Shown: in pieces, positions 34,263 to 47,720 of the stretch
Position numbering within the stretch: the stretch's first letter is position 1
How the letters are laid out: each line of letters starts with the position of its first letter
Origin: Azolla caroliniana
Taxonomy: Eukaryota > Plantae > Polypodiophyta
DNA: 64,000 bases
Assembly: GCA_043228905.1 (NCBI GenBank)
Contig: JBHGNT010000010.1
Span: forward strand, 1,426,001 to 1,490,000
Reading direction: 5' to 3'
The notes under the pieces: model-generated
The model's input: the letters and a program-made list of their open reading frames with translations, nothing else
Database searches by the model: none
What the model was told of the DNA's origin: nothing
Program-made: the position numbers and the translations under genes

Positions 34263-37200
34263 TAATTTTATCCAAATCTGATTGGATGGCAGCCTATAAC
34301 AAATGTCAAAGATCCCCTTTGCTCGGCCGGCTTCCCAAAATATGTACCACTATTGAGGCGGCCTGAAGACGAATCACCTCTTGCATAACAATCACTTCAT
34401 CCTCTGGTGCTAGGCTAATGTCTAAAGTCCCTTCGACAGAGATTGGGTTGAGTGTTGATGCACTGGATCACTCTCGGGGCGTTGATGTCGATGGTCCCTC
34501 CATGGCTAAGTAGGTACTTCCTTAACGTATTCCCTCTCTCTCCTTTTTATATATTGTATCTTCCCTAATTTTTGTTAAATAAATCTATTATTTAGAATAG
34601 AGAAGAGGATTACCAGGATAAATTGATTCTTCTCTGCTAATCCTTGCTGATTTTGGCGGCCACTCGCTTCCGTAGGGGAGGAATATAAGTTGTGCAGGGG
34701 CAACGATGACGACAGAGATTGTAGGATAGGAAATAGGTTATCCAGGGACATCGATGGAGACAACAAAGCTAACATTCTTTGGGGTGAAAAGGGTTTCATG
34801 CTAGATAGGAGTATAGTTCTACATCCTAAAATGCATATAAGACATTTAAACATTTCACATCCTAAAATACTTGTAGTAATATGAATGTTGACATTCCCTT
34901 ATTCTATAAATCAGTGTAAGTGTGTATCACGATGTTCTACTTCAAATTTTAATTATTTACAATTATGCCTTCATAGATTGAGGAATCGTCTACGATTATC
35001 ACACTCAGAGTCAAGACAGGTTTATGTCTTCTTTTCTCTCTTCTTCTTCTTCTTCTTCATCTTCTTCATCATCGTCTCTTCTATTCTTCTTTCTTCCTTC
35101 CGTTGGCTTCTTTTTCACTAAAAACTTTTTTTTCTTTTGCTTTTTGTTGGGGTTTTACTTACATTTTCTTTATAAATACATATTATACCTGTTTTTTTAT
35201 AAATACGTTAAATACCGTATTGGACAAATGTACATGATATTTGACTAAATAACATTGAGGTATAGTACGTACTATACAAATTATGAGGTACTATACATAT
35301 TTAAACGTTAAATACGGGTACATAAACAACCATGGGCCCAACTTCATACAATGTATTGAGTTTAGACTATAACTCCATACAATATATCAACATGAGCTTC
35401 ATTAATTCAAAATCATTAATTCAAAATTAGAGGTTGTGTGCAATTTAGTTCTCTTTTAAAATGAAAAAACAGTGAAATTAGGCTCACTAAACTAATGTAA
35501 ATGGAAACTTTGGACCTCAAAATTACATGTTTCTAGATATGGTTGTGATTCATAGCAGAGGCTAAAGTGTTACTTTTATGGCCTTTTTTGACTATTTGCC
35601 CCTTTTTATCAAATTTGAAGTCCCCATAAAAACTTGAAGCTTAGAGTTACATTGATGTTTTTATTCGTCTCATATTAGGTCCATTGATCCTAAGGACAAG
35701 AGACCAATTTAAAAAATCCGAATAAAATATTAGAGCTCGCCACCAGAGTCCACCCAAATCCCTATCGTCACCTATCCCCAAAAAGGGAAAAAACTATTAT
35801 TTGATGAAAATATTGTTAGGCAACCTTCTGATGAGGTGAGTCAGAAGGCAACTATGGCTGCAATATGAGGGGAACCTTTTCAGACAAGGATATGACCGAC
35901 CATGAGTGGGCACTGCAGTACTCTTGGTAGCTCAAAAACGGGGCATAGACAACTTAGTAAAGATTGTCCTTTCAGTAATGGATGAACCATGAGGCTAGAC
36001 TATGAAGATCCCGACTCCCAAAATCTTATTATTCTAGTGGATTGTTCAAAGGGAGTTCGGAAGATGTATGTCTCCGAAGATCACCTGGTCAAAGATTCAT
36101 GCGGTAAAAAATCTTTTAAAATTGCAATTGAGACTACAAACAACTTGATCACTACATTGAGGCCAAACATTCAAGGCCATGTAACATTGAAGGAGGCCCC
36201 ACCATCTCCCATAAAGGTTGCACCCAAAAAGGTTGCTACACAGTCAAGGCTTGCCAAGAAGAAAGTCACAAAAATGTCAAAGTCAGAATCATTAAGTGAA
36301 TCCACAGATGACAAAGAAGCTCAAACAACACCAGGGGCAGAGTTAGCTTCTGGTGTGTTGTCTTCGGAATAGAACAAAATAAGAAGGAACATTATTTATA
36401 CGATGCGTGTGTGGAAGGGCTAGGTGTTTAACCTCCCGATCACTTACATCCATCGCCCATTTGTCGATTAGAAGATTGGACGTCAACCCTTGGAGATAAG
36501 AGAACCTCATAAAATCTATGTCTAGAATCTCAAGAAAAAAATGAAGATAAATCCCCATGCTATTGTTGTCCCTTTTATTGTAATGGTTGATCCTAATGAG
36601 TGTTCATCCCTAGAAGAGTTTGACGTAATGAAACATGATCTGTACAACTATTTCGTAATAGGGGATCACACTTGGCAAAAGCAAGACGACAGGTGGTCCG
36701 AGAACATCCCACTACATTCTTTTTTTAATATGTAAAATGTAAAATATACGTGCCCGGTTAACAACAGAAGAGGCAAAGTTGTTACCATGGAACCATAGAA
36801 ACGACACTGAATATCGGCAAAAAATGTCCTCGATTGAGTGCATCAGATTTTTCCACCATCAGTATTTGACGTGAAGCAAAAATATGGAGCAAAGTTATAT
36901 CCCACTCGTCGACGTCAGTGGCTTCACGAAGTTTAATGTCTTCTTACAAGGCGCTATCGGAATACTTCATTGCATTTAAGGATTGGGTTAGTATTTCTCT
37001 TTAATTTGACAATTTGTTTAACAAATATTAAAGGTATTAACAATTTCTTTGTTTTTGTGTTGTTTCATTTAGAAACCGTGTCGAGGTAAAGAGGCCCAGG
37101 GAGGTTAAAGATATTCATGATTTCCCAACCTCCTTTCTTGCACATCTTGAAAGGGCTCGAAAAAAAGAGTATAGGCGCTTGGTGAAAGAGTTTGATGTGG

Positions 37201-39639
37201 ATGACAATGGCACCTTCAAGAAGTTCAGCCTCAAGAAAGACATTACAAGAGATTTGTATTATAATATTTATTCCAGTGATGTAACTGATATGATCCAGAA
37301 GCTACCCAAGAAGGAGTATTCGTTATTAATAGCAGATATTCCATACGACTTTCGTATGGCTGGATTGACATATGATGATGAACCTTTTAGGTTTAAGTAG
37401 TTAGAGAAAATGGTTAAAGATTTCGCCGAGTTGACCATCGCATCCCTGTGGAGAATAGTTATATTTCATAGCATGGAGTGCCATGGACTAGGGATATTCT
37501 GTGGCTCAAGCATTGAGGTATCATTGCCATGGAATAGAGAACCTAGCTTGGTAAGGATCTATTGAGTGCTTGTAGGGAATTCCAATATGATTTCATAAGA
37601 TTCTTTTTTCTTCTAACAATATTATTTTCTTCTAATAACTTCTTTTTTCCATTAACAGGATTAAAACCAACGTAAATAGAGGACCAACTTTTTGGTTTAT
37701 GAACGCAATGGAATATATAACCATTGGCTATTATGACGAGATCAAGAAGCAAAGAATAAAGGATCACTTGAATGACGTGGGATGCTCAAATTTGCTGGTG
37801 TACCCAATAGTCACGCGTAAACTGCGACATGTCACGACGACTGAGCGTGGACTTATCAATCCCTATCAAAAGCCTCAACGACTAATGATGTGCCTTGTAG
37901 AGATGTTCTCTAACAAAGATGATTGGATATTAGATCTGTTTTCTGGCACATGTATGATTTCAATTTATTGTCTCAATTGCTTGATGAAACAAATTATATT
38001 GTTGAACTGTTATGTGAATGATTCCTATTTTTTAATCGATGTTAGGTACCACATCTACGTGTGCGTTGAAACTTTTCCGCAATTCTATTGCATTGGAGAA
38101 GGATGAGGAGCAAGTGAACTTTATAAATATGAGGCTTAGAGCATTGTGGGAATACCCTGATCAAGACGAGGAAGTAGGTGCTAAGCATATAGCAGATATA
38201 GAACGTTTTCAGCCTGCCTCACGTGAGCCCATCTCTCCTTTGGCTTGTGAACCTAGGGAGCTTATAGAGCTTGAAGATGACCTATTAGAGGACCCCACAA
38301 TAGCCAATCTATATAGAGTGGATATTACAACACAGAATATCGAGGATAGTTCACCCAAGGAAGACGAAGATAATGATGTAGATACCCTCATAGTTATGTA
38401 AACTGATTTCATCTAGATACAATTAATATAGTTCTGACCAACATTTTGCATTTAATCAAATATTTTGTTTTTTCTTAGGTTCAATCTTATCAATGTGGTC
38501 ATGAATATGTTTGTGGTAATTTTCCAATTATTTGTTTTATATGGTGTTTAATGTTTGAATTATTTGGTTGATGTGTTTATTTTTTGTTGCACACACATAT
38601 TATTATTTGTAGCTTATGCTTCAGTCTATATTCATTCTTTATAGCATGAATCCAATTGAATATATATTCATCCTTTATTGCACGATCTATATGCACCCGT
38701 TAAAGATTTATTCTATATTCATCAAGTAAACATTACTTCATATTTATCCACCAATCGGGTTCATAGACTATAAACCCATTTTGTTTACTATCAGTTACAT
38801 TTTGAATTGAAATATACTTTTATAGAAACTTAACAATATTTCAAGCTGTTGGTTTGAAATATACTTTTATAGACACTTTGAAATATTGCCAGTAGTTGGA
38901 TTGAAATATACATTAACAATCATGTGTCCATGGCTAAAGGTGTTCTCATTCGGAAGTATGTATTGCTATTGATGGGTGTTCTCCAAAGATCATGAGTACT
39001 CCTTGGTATATATGGTGTGACATCTGTTTTCAGGGTTTATGGGTGTCTCTTCTTATACACGTTTTAATGTATGGTTCACCATTAACAATTGAATCTTGTC
39101 TCTATTTGTGCTGAATAGTTGTCATATGTGTTTGAGTGTATCTATTTTATGATAAACACAATCAAAACGATATTTCTCAATACTATTTATATGTACAATT
39201 TTCTTGGGTTCTCAAGAACATATACCTTTTGTATTATATCCTACAAGATCCATTAAGGATTAATTTGAATAAACTATAATCAATAATACGTACATATCAC
39301 TTCCTCGTCTAGCATATACACTTCTATGGCATAGATAACCTAGCATAAGAACTTTCACACTTGCAAGTTGCAAAAAATAATTTCCATTTTATTAAGATTG
39401 TTCCAAATAATTAACTTGTGTCAGATGAGACCGCCATTGTGATATTCTTAAATTTAAAAACATTGCGGAAGTGGAGATAATCGACTTTAAATAGTCTCCA
39501 AAAATCACATGTTCTCTATTTAGAGAGTTGTTACATATTTAGCACATTCTACATAGTTGGTTGATAATGGGATACTGGCGCACCCAATATTTCACAATAG
39601 ACTAAATTTGTACTACTACAAAGGGAATCTAAAAGTGGA

Positions 39640-39675
39640 ATGTACGATCCTTCCACTTGTGAATGCGAACGTGAG
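39640..39675 (-). repeat. Right TIR of copy B
   Basis: ATGTACGATCCTTCCACTTGTGAATGCGAACGTG(AG), preceded by AAGTGGA as in copy A. Confidence 0.88.
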
Positions 39676-41819
39676 GCTTATTGAATGCCTTCATGGGCAC
39701 ATCTTCAGCCAACATGCCGATTCAGATCAAACCCCTTAGGTCAACTGCATGTTGAACTTGTTCCAGAGTCATCATACTTGAACCATTAAGCCATTAGTAG
39801 TATGGGAGCTTCTTTTTCCTACTTTGTCGAAATTTTGATCTAAAAATGCCATGAGAATCTTTGTAACAATTAAAATTTAGATCCTTTGAATTAAATATCA
39901 TTCAAAAGGATCAAGTTCACAAATCCTCAAGGTAAGTTTTAGAAAAATATATCACGATACATTTGAGGATAAACTTTGAAACTCATTACATGGGTGGCTT
40001 AAGTAGAAAATCAATGAATAAATAAAAGGAAATCTAAGATGACGATAGGATGCCGAGAGGAAATCCTCGAGTTTTCAGTGTAGGAAACCCACAATCTACG
40101 ACCACGTTGCTTCTTGTCATAGTAGGTGTCCTATACACCCTCTTGATTCACTATCCCACAATGAATCTTTCCCCTATAAAGCCCAGGCGTCTTCCTCCAA
40201 ATGTCCCCCTATGGCAATGATCTCTTCTTCTCCTTTCATAGGGTTCACGTACACCCTCACAAAATCAAGTAACTTGTTGCATGAGTCGTCACTTGTCCTC
40301 AGTTCTCGACTTTTGCACAAGTGAATTCGATCCTACTTTCATTTTACCATATTCCTTGTTCCTATATAATGCACATTGTAAATCACCATTTCCCTCCCAT
40401 TATCTATTAAAAAATTCAAACCTTTACCCCTTATCATCCCAAGAGTTAGCTCTTGCTAGTTGAAGCATTGTATCTTTTTGTCAGTTTGATCTACTTCAAG
40501 ATTCAACTCCTCCTAGCTACATCTTCGACTATCACCTTAACCTATTATAAACTCAATTTCAAACATTTTCCTCTGTACATGTCACGTCATGACAACACCC
40601 AAATCAAGCAACCACATTTGTGTATCATGTACACTTCTAGGATCTCACTGGTCGATAAGCCTTCTAAGCAGAGGACTTCTCATGGCAAAGATTTGGCAAC
40701 AATGTTTACTGCGTTTGCCAATAATGACAAGTTTGATTCGGAAGAGCTTGCATTCTATGGACCTTCTCAAGTCAGGTGACCCGATTTCATTTAGATGTGT
40801 GCAAAATGTGCTTGGATATGCACCTCTTGACGTCGATCATTTCTTTCTCTTGTTCTACTCCGATCTCAGCTAGTTATCGATACCATTCCGATGGAGAAGT
40901 GTGCTTCGACATTCTTATCAATGGATAGATATCCAAGTGAACTTCATGGAAGCTCTTCCCCTAGGATAGCAACGACACTTTCATCTGTCATGAGCTTAGA
41001 TACAGTGTTGTCGGTCATTATCATGTAGAAACACTTCCCATGATGTCAAGAGGCTTAAACAGAGAGCCAATCATTTAACCTCTTCGTCAAAGTTAATACT
41101 TGTTATGTACACATAACGTTGGTGAGGGTAGGTCACTAATATTTACATTAGTGAAGGGTATGTTCACTAATGTTAAAAAGGGGCTAATGTGATTGGATAG
41201 AAGGAATGATAGGTGCATGCACTATCATGATTTGGGAAACCAATGAATGGAGACCCTTTTAGAAACGCACATCTATTCAAGGGGCCTAGGAAAAGGTATA
41301 AATATGAGGCTTAGCAACCCTCATAAGCACATTATGTCGGAAGGTTGTTGTTTGACACACCGGTGGTGCGGGCTAGGCTTTTGTCTCGACGATCGTGTTT
41401 ATCTCTTCCAAGGTATTAGTCATCTTAATATTTGGCAATATGGGACGTCTGTGGTAGGTTGGCTATGTCTAGATCATAGCTCAGGGTTGGTCGGGTGGAA
41501 CGGGTTCTTCTATCCATTCTATTTTCCTTCTTTTACTTTAGTTTGGTCTATTGATTAGTAATAGATTCTTAATAGTGGTATCAAAGCATTTACTAACAAT
41601 TTTTTTAGTTGTTTTGATGTTTTTCGTGTGTGAGCGATGGGGATCTAACAAGGCTCGTCTTGCTCTTCACAGGATCAAAACAACATTTTTATCCCGGTAT
41701 TCTTCTTTCTCGATCTCTCTTTTCTTTTCGATGATGCGTTCTTCTTGGTCGAATCAATTTTGTATTACATTTTATTTTCTTTCTTTCTACTTTCTACCAT
41801 GCTTCGATTTTAATTATTA

Positions 41820-42250
41820 TTGTGCATCGGGCCGAGCGTGTTTGCAATAATCGTACACGCTCAACTCATGGCCCTTTTGCATATTTCAATGTATCTCCCA
41901 CTCTCCCTTCTCTTGAGCCATCTCTTATACTAATAATTATGCTTGTGCTCGGGTTGAGCATGTTTGCCCTAATCGTACACACTCAACTCATGGTCCTTTT
42001 GCACATTGCAATGTATCTCCCACTCTCCCTTCTCTTGAGCCATCTCTTATACTAATAAGTATGCTTGTGCTCGGGTTGAGCATGTTTGCCCTAATCGTAC
42101 ACACTCAACTCATGGCCCTTTTGCATATTGCAATGTATCTCCCACTCTCCCTTCTCTTGAGCCATCTCTTATACTAATAATTATGCTTGTGCTCGGGTTG
42201 AGCGTGTTTGCCCTAATCGCACACGCTCACCTCATGTCCCTTTTGCATAT
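41820..42250 (+). repeat. ~122-bp tandem repeat (about 3.5 copies) in the gypsy leader
   Basis: ATGCTTGTGCTCGGGTTGAGC recurs at 41939, 42061 and 42183. Confidence 0.85.
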
Positions 42251-43327
42251 GATGTTGAGTATGGCACCCTTCCCTTTATTGAGCCATCACTTGGCCGATT
42301 CTATGGGATGTAGTGGTCTTAAACGAGGTGTATGTCACCTACCTATGCCATTCTACTCTCAATTGAGCTATCACTTGGTCGATTCTATGGGATGTGGTGG
42401 TCTTGAGGAGGTGCATGTTGACTATGTTAGGTTTTCATACCTTAGGGCATGGTTAATGTTCATACACCTAGTTGATTATTAATTACACAAATTTTCATTT
42501 TATTTTTGTATGATTTTCTATTAATTGTCTCATTTTCCCCTTTCTTTTCATGTTTAAAGTATTTATGTGTGTTTACCTATGATGTAACGCTTCCGTGTAG
42601 ACTATTTTTTCGTATTGAGTGGGCATCATGCTGTTTTTTGAACGATTTTTTTCCAACGGCTCATTTAGGTTTAACTCATATTATCGAGCCTTAGAACTCG
42701 AGTAAAACCACATGAGTACTACATCTTTGCTCACAACACCACCACCACTTGTATCAATTTGTGGCTTATGTCACAATTGTGCAAATTACAACCACCATAT
42801 TGGGATGGATAGGTGCATACATCACAAATCCATTTATTGGTGGTATTTTTGTTTAGTAGACAACACATGGTTTTTGAACCTTGTTTTCGTCACTTCTTGA
42901 CTCTTATAGGTAGTCACTAATTTTTCTCTTTTTTTCATAAAATTTTCTTGCTACTCGCAAGACTAGAATATTACTTGCAAGTGCACTTGTTTTTTCACGT
43001 AATACACGTTCTTGACCATATCAATACATGTTGGGTTGGCATTCTAATATAAGGCTAACTAGGAAACTACATTGATGTTAGAACCATGGTTGAGCCTCGG
43101 GGAGCCGCCATGATTATTCAAGATAGAGATCCGAGAAAGACTTCTTAGCTATGTTTTCCCTCATGGTTTTTAAAACACCATAGTGTTACCATAGTTATCA
43201 AATCTCGAATCACATCTCATATGTCTAGAGGGGTAAAGACGTGAGATGCTTTCTTGGTAAAGTTCTTACAATCAAAATTTCAAGCATTCATTTTGCTTGT
43301 GTATTTTTTGAACCTCCTTATTTATAT

Positions 43328-46300
43328 TGCATACCCAAAGCTTGCATCATGCAACAAGTTTTGAACGTTGTTGGAGCAATCTCTCTAACCGAGACCTCTC
43401 AATTACAATCCACATCTCACACACAAGTTGAGATCAATATTGAGCAATTGCTCACTACTACCTTGAATAAATTGGCCAAAATGAGGCAAGCCAATATGGC
43501 ATTGGAAAAGAAATTCCAAGAATTGACTATTGTGTCCAAGAAAGAAGGTGAACCTTCTTTCGTAGTAACGCCATTCAAGGGAGATAAGAAAGAAAGAACC
43601 GAGGAGGCCATTAGCACTTAGCTTGGTCGTTGGGAGTCTCACTTTGAGCTCCACCCCAAGACCGATGTTGTAAAATTTGGTTATGTAGGTCGTGAGTTAG
43701 GTGGCTGAGTTGCTGCTTGGTGGTGTGGCCTAAGGATTGCAAAGAACTTACCCACAACTTGGGAAGGTTTCGTTGATGTTTTTAAGGAACAATTTTTGCA
43801 GCCACCTTCTCAAATTGAACAAGCGCAACACTTGCTCACGTTGTCGAGCAAGCCATTTACCTCTCTCGAGGATTATGTGCATCATGCTCGGACCTAGATC
43901 CAAAAATCCGGAATTATGGGTGAGAAATGATTTCCTGCTTGCTTTTTGAATGGTATTCCCATTGGATTGTCCATGACAAGGACCCCACAACTTTCGAGGA
44001 AGCCGTCATTGTACTTCGGTACCATAGGACTTCCAAGAAAGACCACAATAAACCCGAGTTCGCCAAAACTTCGAATGTCAAGTTCATTGGGAAACGTAAG
44101 CAATCCAGTGACACTCTTGACCACGACTCCAAGAAACCAAACCTCTTTTGTGCATATTGCAAGAAGTAGAGCCACACAAAGGATACATGTTGGACATCGT
44201 CTTGAGAGGAAGTCAATGAACACCCCTCCTCAAGACAAATCTACGAGTCACACATGTGAGTCTTTTGATGTTGTTCAAGTTCATACCAACCACTTAAGTT
44301 CATGTGAATGCACTTTTCCTTCACATTTACTAGGACCTAATGATTTACTCCGAGCAGTTGGGTATATCAATGGAACACAAGCACATTACTTGTTTGATTC
44401 CGGTAGTTCTCACAATTTTCTTAATGATCACTTTGTGCAGCAAAGGAACTCCACATAAACGCAAGTGATCATATCTATCAAGTTCACATAGCAAATGGAC
44501 GCATTCAATACATCAGTGACATTGTTTGTCAACTGCCAATTCAAATAGATACCTATTTGGAGAAGTTAGACTTTTATGTTATGAAACTACAATCCGTAGA
44601 TTTTATTTTAGGATACCCTTGATTTTTAATAAAAACCCCTTCTTTTTCCATTGATTGGGTTCATCACTCAATCACATTTGAACTTAATAATTGTAAACAT
44701 TTTATTCAATGTTCCAAACTTCCTTCTCATTCACTTGTGTCTTCTAATCTTTAAGTGAGTATTCTAGTTCATTAATGTATTCCTATGTAATTGATCCTGC
44801 GCTTTAATTTTATTATTTTAATATTGACGCCACACAATTACCACATTATGAACAACGATTACTTGACTCTATTTTAGACGATTTTCAAGACGTGTTTCCT
44901 AACGAATTGCCGCTTACGTTACCACCAAAACATAATGTGGATCATCAAATTGAAGTCATCCCCGGTGTTGCTCTTGTGAGCATTCCATCTTACCGACTTA
45001 GTCGATTAGAAGAGGATGAGATCACTAAACAACTTAAGGAATACTTGAGTATGGGCCACATTAGGTATAGTAAATCACCTTGGGGTGTGCCAGTTCTATT
45101 AATTAAGAAGAAGGAAAGGTTCATGGCGAATGTGTATCAATTATCGCCGTTTGAATAAAATGACAATTAAAAATGCATATCCATTACCTCATGCTGATGA
45201 TTTGATTGATCGTTCTCATGTGGCCCGATATTTTACGAAAATTGACTTACGAACAAGATATCATCAGATTCGCATTGTTGAGGATGATATTCCTAAAACC
45301 GCTTTTTCTACGTGTTATGGCCATTATGAGTTTTTAGTCATGCCTTTCGAGTTGACTAATGCTCCAGCCACATTCCAACAAGCGATGAATGACGTTTTCC
45401 GAGATCAACTCGGTGATTTTGTTGTCGTCTTCTTGGATGATATTTTGATATATAGTCGTACCTTGCAAGATCATGTTCAACATGTTCGATTTGTTTTGCA
45501 AAAGTTGTGTGACAAATCTTTCTATGCAAAATATTCAAAATATGATTTTTTCCAAAAAACCATTGTGTACCTAGGTCATTTAATTACGAAAAATGACGTT
45601 GAAATTGAACCTTCTCGTATTCAAAAGGTAAAACTTTGGCCCATTCCTCGTAATATTCAGGAATTGCGATCATTCTTAGGGTTTGTTGGATTTTTACGAA
45701 AATCAATTCGTAACTATTCCAAATTGACTACGCCATTAACTGACATTTTAAAAGGTCATCCACGTAAGTCTATCAAACCGATTGCATTGAATGAACAACT
45801 TGACAAATCATTTGAGACACTCAAAGAGCATGTGTGTCAAGCTCCCCCTCTTCTATTACCGGACCCTTCTAAGCCTTTCTCAATGGAAACCAATGCTAGT
45901 GATTATGCTATTGGTGCCGTTCTTTATCAAGGCGGTAACCCTATTTCTTTTGAAAGTAAGAAGCTTGATGCTGCTCAATCTCAATATTTGGTTCAAGAGA
46001 TAGAGTTGTTTGCAATAATACATGCATTTAAAACATGGAGGCACTATCTCTATGGAAATAAATTTGTGGTTACAACATACCATCAATCATTGAAGTATTT
46101 TTGTGACCAGCCAGATCTTGTTGGTCATAAAAGCCGTTGGGCTGACCTTATGCAAGATTTTGATTTTTCCATACGGTATCGCAAGGGTTCTCTGAACATC
46201 GTTGCAGATGCTCTTAGTCACATTAAAGAAGTTAACATGCTTAGCTTCATGGAAATAAAATCTGATCTTTTAGATCACCTTCGAGGGAAATACCATGATG

Positions 46301-47720
46301 ACAGTTATTTCTCAAAATACTGGACAAAAGCCGAATCTGGTTTAGATGTCGTTACTAGCACCCTACCCTCGAAGGCGACCTTTCATTACAAACGGTTTTC
46401 TCTACCGTAGTGGAAAGGTCTGTGTTCCAGATTTACCAGACGTAAAACAGAAAATTCTTCATGACTGTCATGATGCACCATCTAGGGTCATCCTGGAATA
46501 CAACGCACACTCATTCTCATCTCCAATACGTTTTTCTAGCCTAAGATGCGCTCTGACATGCATAAATATGTAACTCAATGCGTACAATGTCAGATTAATA
46601 AGTCAGAACAACTTAAAGTTGTTGGTCTTTTACATCCGTTAGATATTCCCAACAACAAATGGGAAATTATCTCGATGGATTTTATTATTAGTTTACCTCG
46701 TACATAGAGGGGTCATGATGCTATTTGGGTTGTCGTTGACAAACTAACAAAATTGGCTAGATTTATTCATACCAAAACCACGGTAACCGCTCAACAATTG
46801 GCTTATCAATTTGTTGATGAGTTATTTCATTTTTATGGATTGCCGATGGATATTGTTAGTGATCGAGATTCCAAGTTACTAGTGACTTCTGGACTCAAGT
46901 CTTTAAGAAATTAGAAACTACGTTGAGCATGAGTTCCTCAGTCTAATGGACAAACTGAACGAGTTAATCAAATTATTGAGGACATGCTTCGAACTTATGT
47001 AGCAAAAACCCCTTCTAAGTGGGAGCAATGCCTTCCTATCTTAGAATTTGCCTATAATAGCTCTTAACATACATCCACTGGATATAGTCCTTTTATGTTG
47101 ATGTTTGGTTTTTAGCCACGTGCCCCAGTCGATCTCACGATTCATCATGATACATTAGACAGTACACGCAATTTTTTGCAAGACATGAACCAAATGTTGC
47201 ATATTGCCAAAGAAAATGTCAAGACAGCTAAAGATCGTGTTCGATTTTATGCTGAGCAAGAGAGACATCCTCATGCATTTACTATTGGTCAAAAAGTTTT
47301 TTTACGTGACCCTACTGACTCTACGTCATTGTTTACAGGCAAGTGCGTTAAGTTAGCCCCACAATATTGTGGCCCATTTGAAATCCTTAAGCGAGTTGGG
47401 TTATCTGCTTATCGCCTTGCCTTACCCCGTAACATTGGTATTCATCCTGTTTTTCACGTCAGTCGTCTAAAATCATTTTTAGGCTCTAGTGATAACATCG
47501 TCACAATCCAAGATCTTGTAACATTAGAGGATTTTGCTTACAAACCTCATGTTCCTGAATGAATTCTTGATTCTCATACTAAACGTTTACGTTCTAAGAG
47601 ATTCGGCTATTCAAGATCAAATGGATGGATAAACCTATTGATGATGCCACATGGGAACGCGAGCATACTCTTAAGGCACAATTTCCTCACTTCATATTGC
47701 AAGAGTGCAATCTTTTAAAG
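43328..47720 (+). pseudogene. Gypsy gag-pol remnant
   Basis: ORFs 43927-44169 (CAYC knuckle), 43946-44458 (PR), 44892-46410 (RT/RH) and 47176-47562 (INT C-terminus), with many stops. Confidence 0.85.

Larger units (their letters stand above)
28354..35334. mobile_element. Non-autonomous hAT-type element inserted into the copy B palindrome array
   Basis: Termini CAAGGTTGTT...AACAACCATG. Perfect 8-bp TSD GGCCCAAC at 28346-28353 and 35335-35342. Inverted subterminal ACGT-rich motifs. No transposase recognised. Confidence 0.85.
28012..38401 (+). pseudogene. Copy B ParB-like/amino-methyltransferase gene
   Basis: Exon 1 at 28012-28046; exon 2 resumes at 35679 after the hAT insertion. Motifs KMKINPHAIVVPFIVMVDP, LLIADIPY, NPYQKP and DWILDLFSGT/GTT. 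Retained introns sit at the same positions as in copy A. Internal deletion at ~36930 and several stops. Confidence 0.88.
18301..39675. mobile_element. Copy B of the transposase + ParB-MTase transposon, left end truncated, with three direct nested insertions
   Basis: Same gene order and orientation as copy A. Right TIR at 39640-39673 matches the copy A TIR at 31/34. No left TIR found, and homology to copy A stops at ~18301. Confidence 0.9.
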
